Positions 38,959-50,599 are shown, counted from the first letter of the stretch. The stretch: DNA of 64,000 bases from Candidatus Eiseniibacteriota bacterium (GCA_043808325.1 JAZDEY010000035.1:2853-66852); one strand, 5' to 3'. Translations and numbers: made by a program. Notes: generated by a model from the letters alone, not told the origin.

Positions 38959-39834
38959 TCAGCTCTTTGTCAATTCCATGTAAACTCCGGGATCAACCGG
39001 TTTACCGTTCCGCAGGATCTCGAAATGAACATGCGGAGCGGTACTCTTGCCAGTACTGCCGACGGTGGCAATGATCTGGCCCTTCGTCACATGATCGCCC
39101 TCCTTTACCAGTGTCTTGTCGTTGTGACCATAGATCGTTGACAGCGAATCGCCGTGCTCGACCACAACAAGATTACCATAGACTTCATCCCACCGCGCTT
39201 CTTTCACTACGCCGTCAAGAGCACACCTTACTGGTGTACCCTTTGAGGCAACTATGTCGATTCCCGGATGCTCTGCCTTGCCTCTTGCCTCAGCGATGAA
39301 TCCGCGCGAGATCCAGCCATCCGCCGGGAGCATCATGCCTTTGGGATAGGAAGCAAATCCCGTATAGAAAGGTTTCATGATACCGTATGTGTATCTGCGA
39401 GGCCAGAGATTTGTCACGGGGCTCTGTTCTCCCGCCGATCCCGGCCCGGCGCTCTTTTCCTCGGTGATGCCCGCCCAGGTTTCGATCTGCTGCTTGAGTT
39501 GCTCGATCCGTGCCAGCTCCGCCTGGATCTCCTTAACCTTCTCGTTCTCGGTGCGCAGGCTCTGATTCTCCGCCCGGAGTCTGGACGCGCTCACGGCAAG
39601 CATCGCCATCTTGGTGTAGGTGACTCCCACAAAACCGATTCCCGCAAAGAACACGCTTACCAGGACCAAGAGTATCACGCCGACATTGGCCGGCAAATCG
39701 AAGGTGACCGTGGTCCCAGTGCCATGCGGGGTTACGATCAGCGAGAAGCCCTTGCGCATGTGGGCCAACACCGGACGCAGCTTCTTAATCGCTCCCCTGG
39801 CGCGCGCCATCTGGTTTCGCATCGGGTAGTTCAC
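38959..39834 (-). CDS. M23-family metallopeptidase with N-terminal TM and coiled coil
   Basis: HPGIDIV...HxH (HVHFEI) LytM motifs. Confidence 0.8.
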   Translation of the reverse strand: MNYPMRNQMARARGAIKKLRPVLAHMRKGFSLIVTPHGTGTTVTFDLPANVGVILLVLVSVFFAGIGFVGVTYTKMAMLAVSASRLRAENQSLRTENEKVKEIQAELARIEQLKQQIETWAGITEEKSAGPGSAGEQSPVTNLWPRRYTYGIMKPFYTGFASYPKGMMLPADGWISRGFIAEARGKAEHPGIDIVASKGTPVRCALDGVVKEARWDEVYGNLVVVEHGDSLSTIYGHNDKTLVKEGDHVTKGQIIATVGSTGKSTAPHVHFEILRNGKPVDPGVYMELTKS

Positions 39835-40685
39835 ACTATCGCCATCGCCTCGATGATCCGGGTAAGATCGTCGTTGGAATAGAACTCGATCTCGATCCTG
39901 CCGTGTCCGCCCTGGCCGATGACTCTCACGCGTGTTCCGAGTTTGTGCATCAGCCGGCGCTCGATCTTGGCGATCTCGGGATCCGACCGTTCCGCATGTA
40001 CCTTACGCGCGGCTCGGGGCTTCAAGCGCTGCCGCACGATCGTCTCGACCTGCCGCACCGAAAGCCCGCGGTGAAGCGCGGTCCTGTAAACACCGACGAT
40101 CTGTTTCTCATCCTCGAGCCCCAGAAGCGCCCTTGCATGTCCCGCGGTGATCTTGCCTTCCTCAACGCCCCGCTTGACCTCCTCGGGAAGATTGAGAAGC
40201 CGGAGCGCATTTGCAATCGTGCTCCTGTCACGCCCCAGTTTCTTGGCAAGTTGCTCCTGGGTGAGTTTGAAACGCTTGACGAGCTCGCGATAGCCTCTTG
40301 CTTCATCCAGCGGGTTCAGGTCCTCCCGCTGAAGATTCTCAACCAGAGCGATCTCGAGGGCCTCGGAATCCGATACCTGCCGCACTACCGCAGGGATGGT
40401 GCGCAAGTTCGCCAATCTCGCGGCTCTCATCCTGCGCTCGCCGGCCACAAGCTCGTACCGGCCGGCCTTTCGCCTGAGGATCACCGGCTGAAGCACGCCC
40501 TTCTCGCTGATCGATTGCCTGAGATCTTCAAGGGAGGCTTCATTGATCCGCGTCCTGGGCTGATACGGATTCGCCGCGATCTCGTCGAGCGCCACCTCGA
40601 GGATGCTGCCCTGGCCGCTCATGGTCTCGGGCCTAAGGTCCGGAATCAGTGCATCAAGCCCTTTGCCAAGGGCCTTTCTACTCAC
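39831..40685 (-). CDS. parB: Chromosome partitioning protein ParB/Spo0J
   Basis: ParB box GERRxRA, HTH. Confidence 0.9.
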   Translation of the reverse strand: MSRKALGKGLDALIPDLRPETMSGQGSILEVALDEIAANPYQPRTRINEASLEDLRQSISEKGVLQPVILRRKAGRYELVAGERRMRAARLANLRTIPAVVRQVSDSEALEIALVENLQREDLNPLDEARGYRELVKRFKLTQEQLAKKLGRDRSTIANALRLLNLPEEVKRGVEEGKITAGHARALLGLEDEKQIVGVYRTALHRGLSVRQVETIVRQRLKPRAARKVHAERSDPEIAKIERRLMHKLGTRVRVIGQGGHGRIEIEFYSNDDLTRIIEAMAIV

Positions 40686-41442
40686 GTGTCATCACCTCCT
40701 TCGCAAGCTCCATGTAACTCCTAGCCCCCGGGCACATCACGTCATAGAGCAGAATCGGTTTCCCGAAGCTGGGGGCTTCACTCAGTCTGACGTTTCTCGG
40801 TATCACCGCTCGGTAAACGCGGTCGTCAAAGAACTTCCTGGTCTCCTCCGCTACCTGCAGCGACAGGTTGAGCCTGCTGTCAAACATCGTCAACAGCACG
40901 CCCTCGATCGCGAGGTTGGGATTCAGGTTCTTCTGAACCAGCTTGATCGCATTGATCAGCTGCCCCAGGCCCTCGAGCGCGTAGTATTCGCACTGGACCG
41001 GTATAATCACGCTGTCCGAGGCAGCAAGCGAGTTGACGGTAAGCAGCCCAAGCGATGGGGGACAGTCGATGATCACGTAATCGTAGTCTTCCCGGATCGG
41101 CGCCAGCGCTTTCCGCAGGCGCATCTCGCGCGCCATCATGCCGACAAGTTCGATCTCGGCGCCAACCAGCCGTTGGTGCGAAGGCACAAGATCGAGTCCC
41201 GGCACTGCCGTTTTGACGATGCACTCCTCAATCGGCACATCATCGACCAGGACCTCGTAGATGCATCTGGCCCCATCCCCCGAGACCGTAACCCCGAGGC
41301 CGCTCCCGGCATTGGCCTGAGGATCGACATCCACAAGCAGCGTCTTCTTGTCCGACACACTGAGAAAAGCCGATAGGTTCACCGCAGTCGTGGTCTTCCC
41401 GACCCCGCCTTTCTGATTGGCTATGGCTATAACCTTACCCAA
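40678..41442 (-). CDS. parA: Chromosome partitioning ATPase ParA/Soj
   Basis: Deviant Walker A KGGVGKTT. Confidence 0.9.
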   Translation of the reverse strand: MGKVIAIANQKGGVGKTTTAVNLSAFLSVSDKKTLLVDVDPQANAGSGLGVTVSGDGARCIYEVLVDDVPIEECIVKTAVPGLDLVPSHQRLVGAEIELVGMMAREMRLRKALAPIREDYDYVIIDCPPSLGLLTVNSLAASDSVIIPVQCEYYALEGLGQLINAIKLVQKNLNPNLAIEGVLLTMFDSRLNLSLQVAEETRKFFDDRVYRAVIPRNVRLSEAPSFGKPILLYDVMCPGARSYMELAKEVMTRE

Positions 41443-41532
41443 TTCCCCACCTCCGGATTACGCCCGCCGTGCCCATCGTCCACCCTTCCTCGCACCCCGA
41501 TCCACCGAGTTTGCTCCAGCAGCGCTCGGCCC

Positions 41533-42279
41533 TCATTCTACATCATCTCGTTTTGCTATAACAAATAATCTCAATGGGTTACATTCGATAGCCCAGGGGC
41601 TGGCTACGACTGCCACCATACTTCCACCGTGATCAAAGAGGTAGCCTTTCGCCCGGTTGACTTCCTCTATGGACCGACTCCCCTTGTAGGCGACCAGCCT
41701 TCCGCCGGGCTTGAGCAGTGGCAAGCACCATTTTAGAAGCAGTCTGAACCGTGTAACCGCTCTTGCCACAATAAGATCAAAACCTTCTGAATATTTGGCC
41801 CGAAAGGCCTCGCTATCGACCCGGTCGATCTCGAAGGCCGCCCGGGCGCCACAGACTTCCTCCAGAAATCCCCTGCGCTTCCGCCGGGAGTCACAGATCG
41901 TGAGCTTTATATGAGCGGAAAGCGTCGCCAGCACAAGGCCGGGCAAGCCGTTGCTTCCCCCCAGGTCAAGCACCTCAAGATCCCGGCGGGGCCTCAAGAG
42001 CGGAAGGAGTGAGGCCGCATCGCAGAAGTGATATGAGACCAATCTTGCTATATCCTTTCTCGATACCAAGTTCACCGTCTTATTCCAGCGAAATATCGCT
42101 CCAACCAGACCCATCAGACTTTCGCGGGCGCCCTCTTCGATCTCTTCGCCGCTCCTGGCAATCAGGTCGATCAATCTGGCCACATCAACCTCAAACGACG
42201 CAGGCAAAGCTTCCGGCTCGGATGCCGACTCCCGGTCAGGTACCATTTCCTGCCGATCCGCCATTTTCTTCCGGTCCAT
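41533..42279 (-). CDS. rsmG: 16S rRNA (guanine527-N7)-methyltransferase RsmG. Start uncertain; it is probably an internal Met, since the ORF overlaps the mnmG stop.
   Basis: SAM-binding [12 protein letters not shown]. gidA-gidB synteny. Confidence 0.85.
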   Translation of the reverse strand: MDRKKMADRQEMVPDRESASEPEALPASFEVDVARLIDLIARSGEEIEEGARESLMGLVGAIFRWNKTVNLVSRKDIARLVSYHFCDAASLLPLLRPRRDLEVLDLGGSNGLPGLVLATLSAHIKLTICDSRRKRRGFLEEVCGARAAFEIDRVDSEAFRAKYSEGFDLIVARAVTRFRLLLKWCLPLLKPGGRLVAYKGSRSIEEVNRAKGYLFDHGGSMVAVVASPWAIECNPLRLFVIAKRDDVE

Positions 42280-44092
42280 GTTTGGTCATATGTATAAGCA
42301 CGCTGGTCACGTCGGCCGGCGTGATACCGGGAACCCTGGCCGCCTGCCCAATGGACGCCGGCCTTATTCGGTCCAGCTTCTCTTTGGCCTCCCGGGATAG
42401 CCCTGGCATGTGTCTGTAGTCAACCCATGATGGAATCCGCTTGTTCCCTTTACGATTAAGATCTTCTGCTCTAAGGAGTTCCCGCCCGATATAGCCTTCG
42501 TATTTGACCTCGGTCTCCACCTGGGCGAGGGTCTTCTCGTCATAGGAATTGAGCCAGGGTGCCAGATCCGCCAGATGCCGCCAAGTGATGCCGGGCCGTC
42601 GCAGCATTTGCTTCAGCGTTATGGGCTCCTCGCCCACCCTGACCCTGGTCGATTCCAGCAATCCCGAGATCTCTTGCCGTACTTGTAGACGGTTTCTGAC
42701 CTCATCAAGCCAGGGCCTGGCGACGAGGCCAAGGGCGTGCCCATAGTGCATCAGCCTCTCGTCGGCATTGTCTTGTCGAAGCAACAGCCGGTATTCAGCC
42801 CGGGAAGTAAACATCCTGTATGGCTCGTCCGTACCGCGGGTCACCAGGTCATCGATCATCACGCCGAGATAGGCCTCGCTCCTCGACAGTACCAGTCCTT
42901 CCCTCCCCACAAGCTTAAGCGCCGCGTTGATGCCCGCCATTATGCCCTGCCCCGCCGCCTCTTCATAGCCGGATGTCCCATTTATCTGGCCTGCAAGGAA
43001 GAGCCCTTCGATCTTCTTGGTCTCAAGCGTGGCCAGGAGCTCAGTCGGGGCCACAAAGTCATATTCTACGGCGTAGCCAGGCCTGACTATTTCGGCATGC
43101 TCAAGCCCCGGGATGGTCCTGACCATACTGATTTGAACGTCCTCCGGAAGGCTTGTCGCAAGCCCGCTCACATAGTACTCAAGGGCCTGCGAATCCTCCG
43201 GCTCGAGAAAGAGCTGGTGGCTCGCGCGGTCCGGAAACCGGACTACCTTGTCTTCAATTGAGGGACAGTAGCGCGGCCCGATTCCCTCGATCCTGCCGGT
43301 GTAAAGCGGAGATCGATCGAGGTTGGAGAGGATAGTAGCTCGCGTATCCTCAGTAGTTCTCGTGAGATAGCAGGCCGCGATCGAATCGATTTTGTCTCGG
43401 GTCCGGTATGAGAAGGGCTCTATCCCGTTCTCTCCGCACTGGGGCTCGAGCCCGTCGAACTCGATCGACCTTCCCCGGAGTCTCGGCGAGGTTCCTGTCT
43501 TAAGCCTTCCCATGGCAAGCCCGGTCTCTTTCAGGCTGGCGGCCAGCCCGTAGCTCGCGCATTCCCCGTTGCGACCACCTGGGAAGCTATGAAGCCCGAT
43601 ATGTATGGTCCCCCGAAGGAAAGTCCCGGTAGCAATTATCACGGCTTTGGATCTGAAGCGGTAACCCACCTGGGTCTCCACCCCCGCGATCCGGTCCCCA
43701 TCAAGCAGAAGCTTCTCGGCCAGCCCCTGTCTCAGCTCAAGCCTCGGCTGGTCCTCCACGGCGCGGCGCATATGCATCCTGTAGGCTTGCCTGTCATTCT
43801 GCGACCGGAGCGACCAGACTGCGGGGCCTCTGCTGCGGTTGAGCATTCGCATCTGGAGCGCCGTGAGGTCGGCAACCCGCCCCATCTCTCCCCCAAGCGC
43901 GTCTATCTCTTTGACCAAATGGGACTTAGCAAGCCCGCCGATTGCAGGATTACACGACATCTGTGCCACGCTGTCCACGTTCAGGGTGAGCAAGAGAGTC
44001 TCACACCCCATCCGTGCTGCAGCGAGGGCAGCCTCGCATCCGGCATGGCCGGCTCCAATCACAATCACGTCGTAGGTTTTTGGGTGGTCCAT
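42236..44092 (-). CDS. mnmG: tRNA uridine 5-carboxymethylaminomethyl modification enzyme MnmG (GidA)
   Basis: FAD-binding [16 protein letters not shown]. Confidence 0.9.
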   Translation of the reverse strand: MDHPKTYDVIVIGAGHAGCEAALAAARMGCETLLLTLNVDSVAQMSCNPAIGGLAKSHLVKEIDALGGEMGRVADLTALQMRMLNRSRGPAVWSLRSQNDRQAYRMHMRRAVEDQPRLELRQGLAEKLLLDGDRIAGVETQVGYRFRSKAVIIATGTFLRGTIHIGLHSFPGGRNGECASYGLAASLKETGLAMGRLKTGTSPRLRGRSIEFDGLEPQCGENGIEPFSYRTRDKIDSIAACYLTRTTEDTRATILSNLDRSPLYTGRIEGIGPRYCPSIEDKVVRFPDRASHQLFLEPEDSQALEYYVSGLATSLPEDVQISMVRTIPGLEHAEIVRPGYAVEYDFVAPTELLATLETKKIEGLFLAGQINGTSGYEEAAGQGIMAGINAALKLVGREGLVLSRSEAYLGVMIDDLVTRGTDEPYRMFTSRAEYRLLLRQDNADERLMHYGHALGLVARPWLDEVRNRLQVRQEISGLLESTRVRVGEEPITLKQMLRRPGITWRHLADLAPWLNSYDEKTLAQVETEVKYEGYIGRELLRAEDLNRKGNKRIPSWVDYRHMPGLSREAKEKLDRIRPASIGQAARVPGITPADVTSVLIHMTKHGPEENGGSAGNGT

Positions 44093-44118
44093 AGTCTAAT
44101 GTTTCACGTGAAACACTT

Positions 44119-45471
44119 TTACTTGCCTATGCAGAACCTCGAAAAAATCGCATCCAGGATTTCCGAGGTCACTTTCTTCCCGGTTATCTCACCAAGGCAA
44201 TCGAGCGAGTACCTCACATCTGAGGCCATGCACTCCAGAGGCAATCTATCCTGAAGGGAACCGCCGGCCCGATCCACAGCCGCCATGGCGTCCCGGAGTC
44301 GGCCGGCATGCCTTTCATTTACAACGATCTCGTACCCAAGATCGCCGATCTTGGCCCTGGCCAACCCTGCGAGACCCTCCATCAACTCCGGCAGTCCCCA
44401 TCCCTTTAGGGCCGATACCCGGAGATGTTGCTCGCCTGCCCAATCCCGGGCGGCGGGGAGATCGCTCTTGTTGGCCACGATCACCTTGGGCTTGGCCTCA
44501 ACCTCCGCCATGATCTCGCAATCCTCGGGCTCGAGCGCTCCGCTGCCATCCAGCACCACCAGCGCCAGGTCGGCTTCGCCGATCGCATCTTTGGTACGCC
44601 GCACCGCCTCCTCTTCGATCACATCGGAGGCCCGCCTCATACCTGCGGTATCATGGATCCTGAGCACCAGGCCGTCCACACAGACCAGGTCATCCACCAC
44701 ATCCCTGGTCGTACCCGCGACCTCGCTGACTATCACGCGGTCCTTTCCCACGAGGCGGTTAAAGAGGCTCGATTTGCCGACGTTCGGCTTGCCGACCACG
44801 ACCACATCGAGGCCCTCCTTCAGGTACTTGCCACTCCGGTGGGCTCGAAGAAGATTGCCGATCTTATGGGCCACGCCATCCAGCGCCCCGGCAAGCCCTA
44901 CAAGGTCGACGGCTTCGACCTCCTCATCCACGAAGTCAATGTTGGCCTCAATCGTGGCCAGCCACTCAAAGAGGATGCGCTCCAAACCCTCGAGCTCCCG
45001 AGAGAGCCCGCCCTTGAGCTGCCGCAACGCAACCTGAAGGGCCTTGTCGCTACTGGCTCTGATGACCTCCTCCACGGCCTCGGCCTGAGCGAGGTCCATC
45101 TTGCCGTTGAGGAAAGCCCGCTTGGTGAACTCCCCGGGCTCGGCCGGCCGCGCGCCTTCCTCGACGAGTCTCCTTAGGAGAAGCCTCGGGGCAAGCAACC
45201 CCCCGTGACAGGTGATCTCAATTACATCCTCGCCGGTCACCGAGCCGGGGCCCCTCATCACGAGCACAAGCACCTGATCGATGCAGGCACGATCGGCGCC
45301 GACGACCTCTCCGAAGAGGATCGACCGGTCTTGCGCCTGGGAAGGCGTCTGCCTCCCCCTGAAGATCTTATCGCAGATCGCGGTCGCAGCATTGCCGCTC
45401 ATTCTGACAATGCCGAGGGCCCCCACGCCGGGCGGCGTGGCTACGGCCGCGATCGTATCACTCTCTACCAC
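44119..45471 (-). CDS. mnmE: tRNA modification GTPase MnmE (TrmE)
   Basis: DTIAAVATPPG N-domain, G-domain GKPNVGKSSL, C-terminal CIGK. Start set to the GTG near 45471 to give ~450 aa; the ORF track extends to 45696 and would overlap jag. Confidence 0.8.
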   Translation of the reverse strand: MVESDTIAAVATPPGVGALGIVRMSGNAATAICDKIFRGRQTPSQAQDRSILFGEVVGADRACIDQVLVLVMRGPGSVTGEDVIEITCHGGLLAPRLLLRRLVEEGARPAEPGEFTKRAFLNGKMDLAQAEAVEEVIRASSDKALQVALRQLKGGLSRELEGLERILFEWLATIEANIDFVDEEVEAVDLVGLAGALDGVAHKIGNLLRAHRSGKYLKEGLDVVVVGKPNVGKSSLFNRLVGKDRVIVSEVAGTTRDVVDDLVCVDGLVLRIHDTAGMRRASDVIEEEAVRRTKDAIGEADLALVVLDGSGALEPEDCEIMAEVEAKPKVIVANKSDLPAARDWAGEQHLRVSALKGWGLPELMEGLAGLARAKIGDLGYEIVVNERHAGRLRDAMAAVDRAGGSLQDRLPLECMASDVRYSLDCLGEITGKKVTSEILDAIFSRFCIGK

Positions 45472-46201
45472 GCCTCTCTCCACCGTATCTCTCTTCACCC
45501 TGTCGTCCTCCGCCGCCGGAACTATGCCCGCCTCGGCTCGCGGGCGAAACCACCACATTCTTGAAATCTCCCTCGCCGATCGTGAAGGTCTTGATCTGGG
45601 GGTCGTCGGCCAAGGCCAGGTGTACAACCCGCCTCTCTGCGGCCGAAAGGGGCTCCATCTGCATCTCCTTGCCGGTCGACTTCGCCCGGGATGCAAGCGA
45701 CATCGCCTTGTTTTTCAAGGCACTCCCGCGGCGCTTCTTGTAGCCCCCCACATCGACATCCATACGTACGCTCTTCTTGAGCTGCTTGCCGACCATTCGT
45801 CTTACGAGGTGCCCCAGATCGTCAAGGCTCTCGCCCTTCTTGCCGATCAGGAGCCCGTCCACACCCACAGTCTCTATGTCCACCCGGTGAATATCGTCCT
45901 CGACTTCTATCTTCACTTGCGCGGTAATACCCGTGAGTCTGATCAGGTTGGTCACCAGCTCCTCTATCTTGGCGCTCACCTCGTCGGCAGCAACACCCGT
46001 TTTGCGCACTATAACTTTGGCCGGCTTTGTTCCGATCAGACCGAACACACCCTGGCTGCCTTCTTCCAAGACTTCGTACTCCACCTGGTCCCGGGTCAAG
46101 CCCAGCCGTTCAACTCCTTTGGCGATCGCACTCTCGACGGTCTTGGCCTCCTCGGTGGTCTCCCTAAGGTTCTGCTTCCGATCGACTTCCTGGTCGTGCA
46201 T
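45458..46201 (-). CDS. jag: Jag/KhpB (Jag-N, KH and R3H domains)
   Basis: KH and R3H motifs. yidC-jag synteny. Gly/Arg-rich C-terminal tail. Confidence 0.8.
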   Translation of the reverse strand: MHDQEVDRKQNLRETTEEAKTVESAIAKGVERLGLTRDQVEYEVLEEGSQGVFGLIGTKPAKVIVRKTGVAADEVSAKIEELVTNLIRLTGITAQVKIEVEDDIHRVDIETVGVDGLLIGKKGESLDDLGHLVRRMVGKQLKKSVRMDVDVGGYKKRRGSALKNKAMSLASRAKSTGKEMQMEPLSAAERRVVHLALADDPQIKTFTIGEGDFKNVVVSPASRGGHSSGGGGRQGEERYGGERRGRE

Positions 46202-46203
46202 GA

Positions 46204-47916
46204 CTATCCTCCGGTGGTTACTTGTTGCTGTTCCAGCCTGTCCGCCCGATTCATGAGATACTGGTGGATGATGGTGAGTATGTTGTTAACCAGCCAATAG
46301 AGAACAAGTCCGGACGGGAACCTGAAAAACATAAAGGTAAAGACTACCGGCAAGAGGTAGGTCATCATCGCCTGTTTGGGATCGGACGTTGTCATCTTCT
46401 GCTGGACGAACATCGCGATGCCCATGAGGATCGGGAGTAAGCTGACGACGGAGCCAATGAAAGGAATAGAGAAGGGCAGCCTCGCAATCACATCCGGGGC
46501 CGAGAGATCCTTGATCCAGAAGATGAACTCGGCCTGTCGCAGCTCGATCGTCTTGGAGAGCACGTTAAATAGGGCGATAAAGACCGGCATCTGGAGGACA
46601 AGCGGCAGGCACCCACCCATCGGGTTAACCCCTCGCTTGCGATAGAGCTCCATCACTGCCTTGTTAAGGGTCTGGGGGTCTTTCTTGTGCTTCTCCCTCA
46701 ATGCCGTCATCTCGGGCTGCAGCTTCTGCATCGCGCGCATCGACTTCATGCTTTTCTGGGTTAGCGGGTGGAACAGCAGTTTGGTCAGGCCCGATAAGAG
46801 GATTATGACCCACCCGTAGTTGGGGATGACCTTGTAGCAGGCAACTAAGAACATGAATATCAACTTGCTCAGCGGGGCCATCCATTTCCAACCGAAATCC
46901 ACGGCCTTCTCGAGCCGGTGCCCGATCGCCTTGAGCTCCTGATAGTCCAGAGGGCCCACGTAGACCATGAAGCCCAGCGGCTTGACGGGATCCCGCTCGG
47001 CCTCAACCACCATACCTATCGATTCACCATTGCCCGGGAATGATCTTGATATCACTTGGGTTTTGCCGGTCGGGACGAAGCCGGCCCAAAAGTACTTGGT
47101 CCTCAGGCCGGCCCACTCGATCACCCCACCCACTGAGAACTGTTGGTTCTTCCTGACCTTGCCGGCATCGGCTTTCACCAGGCCTTGATCGGTCAGGGTG
47201 ATGGCTGTGAAGTTACGGAGATCGTCGTTGCGATTTAGCTCTGTACTCTGGAGTCCCGATTGCCAGCCGAACTCCACGGCCCGCACGGCCTCGGAGCCTG
47301 GACCGATAACTTCGATGTCTACCATTATGATATAGGTGTCGCTTCGAAACCGGCAGGTCTTAGTGACGGTTAGGCCTTCGGCGGTCGTCAGCACAAAGGC
47401 AAGGGTGGTCTCAGCGCCCGCCGGTACGGCAAGCGATTCCGCCGACACCGTAAACGCCCCGGCCGCCAGATCGATCCGATCCCCCGTCTTGGTAAGAAGC
47501 GCCACGCCGAAGGGCCGGATGTCCCCGGCCGCAACCAGCTCCACCGGCCCGCCTTTGCTTAAGGGATAGCGCGTCAGCGTGAAGCTCGTGAGCACCGCCC
47601 CGCGACTCGAGAACCTCGCAGTGTAGAGCGGCGCCGTGACAACTATCTCTCTTCCCGGTCCCTCCTCCGCAGGAAGAATCCCAAACGCCGGTACGACCGT
47701 GCCCGTCTGCTGCTCGGCCGTCCCACTCTCCGCCTGTCCGCTTGCCTGGCCGGTTGCGCGCTCGGGCGCACTCGGGGATGTGTCCGAGGTGCCCGCCTTG
47801 CCCGCGGTATCCGGTGGCTGGGCCGGCTGTCGCTGGCTTCCCGAGTAGATCTGGAGCAGGACGAGCACGCCGAGCATCAGTGCCATTGCAATCACAAACC
47901 GTTTGGTGTCGTTCAT
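46204..47916 (-). CDS. yidC: Membrane protein insertase YidC
   Basis: YidC periplasmic domain and 5-TM core. Confidence 0.9.
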   Translation of the reverse strand: MNDTKRFVIAMALMLGVLVLLQIYSGSQRQPAQPPDTAGKAGTSDTSPSAPERATGQASGQAESGTAEQQTGTVVPAFGILPAEEGPGREIVVTAPLYTARFSSRGAVLTSFTLTRYPLSKGGPVELVAAGDIRPFGVALLTKTGDRIDLAAGAFTVSAESLAVPAGAETTLAFVLTTAEGLTVTKTCRFRSDTYIIMVDIEVIGPGSEAVRAVEFGWQSGLQSTELNRNDDLRNFTAITLTDQGLVKADAGKVRKNQQFSVGGVIEWAGLRTKYFWAGFVPTGKTQVISRSFPGNGESIGMVVEAERDPVKPLGFMVYVGPLDYQELKAIGHRLEKAVDFGWKWMAPLSKLIFMFLVACYKVIPNYGWVIILLSGLTKLLFHPLTQKSMKSMRAMQKLQPEMTALREKHKKDPQTLNKAVMELYRKRGVNPMGGCLPLVLQMPVFIALFNVLSKTIELRQAEFIFWIKDLSAPDVIARLPFSIPFIGSVVSLLPILMGIAMFVQQKMTTSDPKQAMMTYLLPVVFTFMFFRFPSGLVLYWLVNNILTIIHQYLMNRADRLEQQQVTTGG

Positions 47917-47927
47917 TCACTCAACCC

Positions 47928-48194
47928 CTAAGGAATTGGGTCCAGCCCACTGCCTCCGAAGGGATGGCACCTGAGAAGCCGGCGTAGGGCCAGCGCGCCA
48001 CCCCTGACGAGCCCGTACTTTTTCAAGGCCCCAATCGCATACTCCGAGCAGGTCGGAACGAACCTGCATGAGCGCGGCAGAAGCAGCGAAAAGAATCCTT
48101 TGTACGCTGCAACCGACGCTACCGCCCCGCGGGTCAAGAACCTGTCAAGCCCCGCAATCACTGACCTTGCTGCTCGTTCGTCAGAAGATGGCAA
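47928..48194 (-). CDS. yidD: Membrane protein insertion efficiency factor YidD
   Basis: CRFVPTCSEYA motif. Confidence 0.8.
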   Translation of the reverse strand: MPSSDERAARSVIAGLDRFLTRGAVASVAAYKGFFSLLLPRSCRFVPTCSEYAIGALKKYGLVRGGALALRRLLRCHPFGGSGLDPIP

Positions 48195-48532
48195 CTCCGG
48201 AGCATCCCTTTCATCTCCGCCTGGACTTCTCGGGCACCGGCCTTCGCAATGCCTCGCCCGGCTATGAAAACCACTTTGAAACCCTGCGGCCTGGAGGCGG
48301 CCTTCAGAGCCCTGTAGGCCTCGCGAAGCAGGCGTCTCGCTCGATTGCGTTCGTGCGCCGCACCGACGCCGCGGCCGGCAATGAATCCGGCCTTGCGCAC
48401 GGCCGCGCCATTGATGAGGAAGTAGGCCTTGAATCTCTTTCCGACCAGGACAGAACCCTTGCCAATAACCTCTTTGTATTCATGCTGCTCGGTGATTCGC
48501 TCCCGGCGTCTGAGCTTCCGATCACACCGCAA
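48158..48532 (-). CDS. rnpA: RNase P protein component RnpA
   Basis: AHERNRARR motif. rpmH-rnpA synteny. Start ambiguous; it overlaps rpmH by 11 nt. Confidence 0.8.
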   Translation of the reverse strand: MRCDRKLRRRERITEQHEYKEVIGKGSVLVGKRFKAYFLINGAAVRKAGFIAGRGVGAAHERNRARRLLREAYRALKAASRPQGFKVVFIAGRGIAKAGAREVQAEMKGMLRSCHLLTNEQQGQ

Positions 48533-48656
48533 TCCTCTTCCTCCCGCGCTTTCTCCTGCGCTGGAGCACTGCCCTACCTGCCTTTGTACTCATGCGTTTT
48601 CGGAAGCCATGTGTCTTCTTTCGCCTGGTGTTGTGCGGTTGATACGTCCGCTTCAA
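48522..48656 (-). CDS. rpmH: 50S ribosomal protein L34. Below the ORF-track size cutoff; TTG start.
   Basis: Hand translation of the minus strand gives (M)[43 protein letters not shown], preceded by RBS aaggagg. Confidence 0.85.
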   Translation of the reverse strand: MKRTYQPHNTRRKKTHGFRKRMSTKAGRAVLQRRRKRGRKRIAV

Positions 48657-49207
48657 TTGCTTACCTCCTTTTGCGATACTCGACTTGAGGGATTCTATGT
48701 TGTAACCGCCTTAACTGTCAAGCGATTTTCAATCCCTTGCAGGCCGTGGTTTGTCTTTCCCGATCGTGGCGAAAAAATAGCTTGCCAGATTTTGGCTGCG
48801 GTGATAAGATCGCCTACGCGTGTCGGAGGGCAGAGCCTCAAATGTGGATAAGTCAGAGGCAGGCCGTGTTGAGATTGCTGTCGCGTCGCACCCGGACAAC
48901 CTGCACAACATACATTGATCAACCTGCATTCTATTTGTGGATAACTCTACTTACCCTCTGGCTATGCGCGGTTATATTTACTTGTTTGCCAACAGGTTAC
49001 ACGGTTATCAACGGCTGTGGAAAACCTGGGGGTTTCATAACTCGGTGTTCTGATTCCTTCCTCGCTTGACCTGAGCCGCCAGACTTAGGAGATACCACCT
49101 CCCGGGATTGTGGACAAGTTGTTGAGAAGTGTTTTTGGAAGTTGCAAGTGTTGTCGAACCTAGGAAAGCTGTAAGAGTGTTTTAGAGTGTTTTGAGGAGC
49201 TTGACCC
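48657..49207. other. oriC part 1: rpmH-dnaA intergenic region with DnaA boxes
   Basis: Perfect TTATCCACA boxes (as tgtggataa) at 48843..48851 and 48936..48944. Near-consensus boxes at 49005..49013 (ttatcaacg), 49016..49024 (tgtggaaaa) and 49109..49117 (tgtggacaa). Locally AT-richer. Confidence 0.8.
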
Positions 49208-50554
49208 ATGGAACCTTCACCGACAGAAATCTGGAACCAAGCACTTACCATCCTTGACTCCAAGATCGACCGGCACACGCTCGAGACCTGGATCCTTCCC
49301 GCCAAGCCACTTGGGCTCGCGGACGGCATGTTCACCCTGGCTGTACCGAGCAACTTCTTCGCAACCTGGCTCGAGGCCCATCACGCCCCGGTCCTGAAGG
49401 ATGCCCTCCGCGAGGTAACCGGGACCGCCTGCGATCTGGGGTTCACGGTCGTATCCGCCGATAGGCCGCCGTTTGAGGCCGTGGCTCAGCCCACCCCTCA
49501 GGCCGAGCCTCGCAAGCGAACCACTAACAGCGTCTATCTCAACCCAAGATACACCTTCAAGAGTTTCGTCGTGGGCGGCAACAACAAGATGACCCACGCC
49601 GCTGCGCTTGCCGTTGCGGAGAAGCCTGCCCGCGCCTATAATCCGCTCTTCATCTATGGCGGCGTCGGGCTCGGCAAGACCCACATCATGCAGGCGATCG
49701 GCAACCACGTCCTCGATACCACCGATGATCTGCGGGTATGGTACGTTTCCTCAGAGAATTTCATGAACGAGATGATCTACTCCATCCAGCACGGCAGTAC
49801 CCTAGCTTTCCGCAACAAGTACCGCGGCATGGACCTCTTGCTGATTGATGATATTCAGTTTCTTGCCGGCAAAGAGAGCACTCAAGAGGAATTCTTCCAT
49901 ACCTTCAATACCCTCTACGATGCCCACAAGCAGATCGTCGTCACGAGCGACCGCCCGCCCAAGGCCATAACCGATCTCGAGGAGCGGCTGGTGTCGCGCT
50001 TCGAATGGGGCCTGGTTACGGATATCCAACCTCCGGACTTCGAGACGCGGGTTGCGATCCTGAGGAAGAAGGCCGAGGAGGACCGCCTGGCGATCCCCGA
50101 TGAGGTCCTGCATATGATCGCAGATGGGGTGAAATCCAACATCCGCGAGCTCGAGGGCTCGCTGGTGAAACTTGTGGCCTCATCCTCCATACAGGGAAGC
50201 CCGATTACCCCTGATTTTGCGCGAGCGGTGCTTAAGGATATTTTCAGGCCCGCGATGAAGACAGTCTCAATAGAGGACATCAAGGTGACTGTCGCCAAGC
50301 ATTTCAAGCTTGCCCCCGAAGTACTTGTGGGCCGAAAGCGCACCTCCGCAATCGCGCTGCCCCGCCAGGTGGCGATGTATATCGCCCGAGTGCTCACCAA
50401 CATGTCCCTTGCCGACATCGGATCGTGTTTCGGCAAGCGCGATCATACGACCGTAATACACGGGTGTGACAAGATTGCGGAAATGCTTAAGACCAAACCG
50501 GATTTCAAGGCCCTCGTGGATCGCATCATTGAGGAAATCAAGCAAGCCGCCTGA
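49208..50554 (+). CDS. dnaA: Chromosomal replication initiator DnaA
   Basis: AAA+ motifs (GGVGLGKTH) and domain IV DNA-binding region. Confidence 0.95.
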   Translation: MEPSPTEIWNQALTILDSKIDRHTLETWILPAKPLGLADGMFTLAVPSNFFATWLEAHHAPVLKDALREVTGTACDLGFTVVSADRPPFEAVAQPTPQAEPRKRTTNSVYLNPRYTFKSFVVGGNNKMTHAAALAVAEKPARAYNPLFIYGGVGLGKTHIMQAIGNHVLDTTDDLRVWYVSSENFMNEMIYSIQHGSTLAFRNKYRGMDLLLIDDIQFLAGKESTQEEFFHTFNTLYDAHKQIVVTSDRPPKAITDLEERLVSRFEWGLVTDIQPPDFETRVAILRKKAEEDRLAIPDEVLHMIADGVKSNIRELEGSLVKLVASSSIQGSPITPDFARAVLKDIFRPAMKTVSIEDIKVTVAKHFKLAPEVLVGRKRTSAIALPRQVAMYIARVLTNMSLADIGSCFGKRDHTTVIHGCDKIAEMLKTKPDFKALVDRIIEEIKQAA

Positions 50555-50599
50555 TCGCGCAGCCCCTGAGGCTCCGAAGCCCTGAGCGATGGTGTACTC

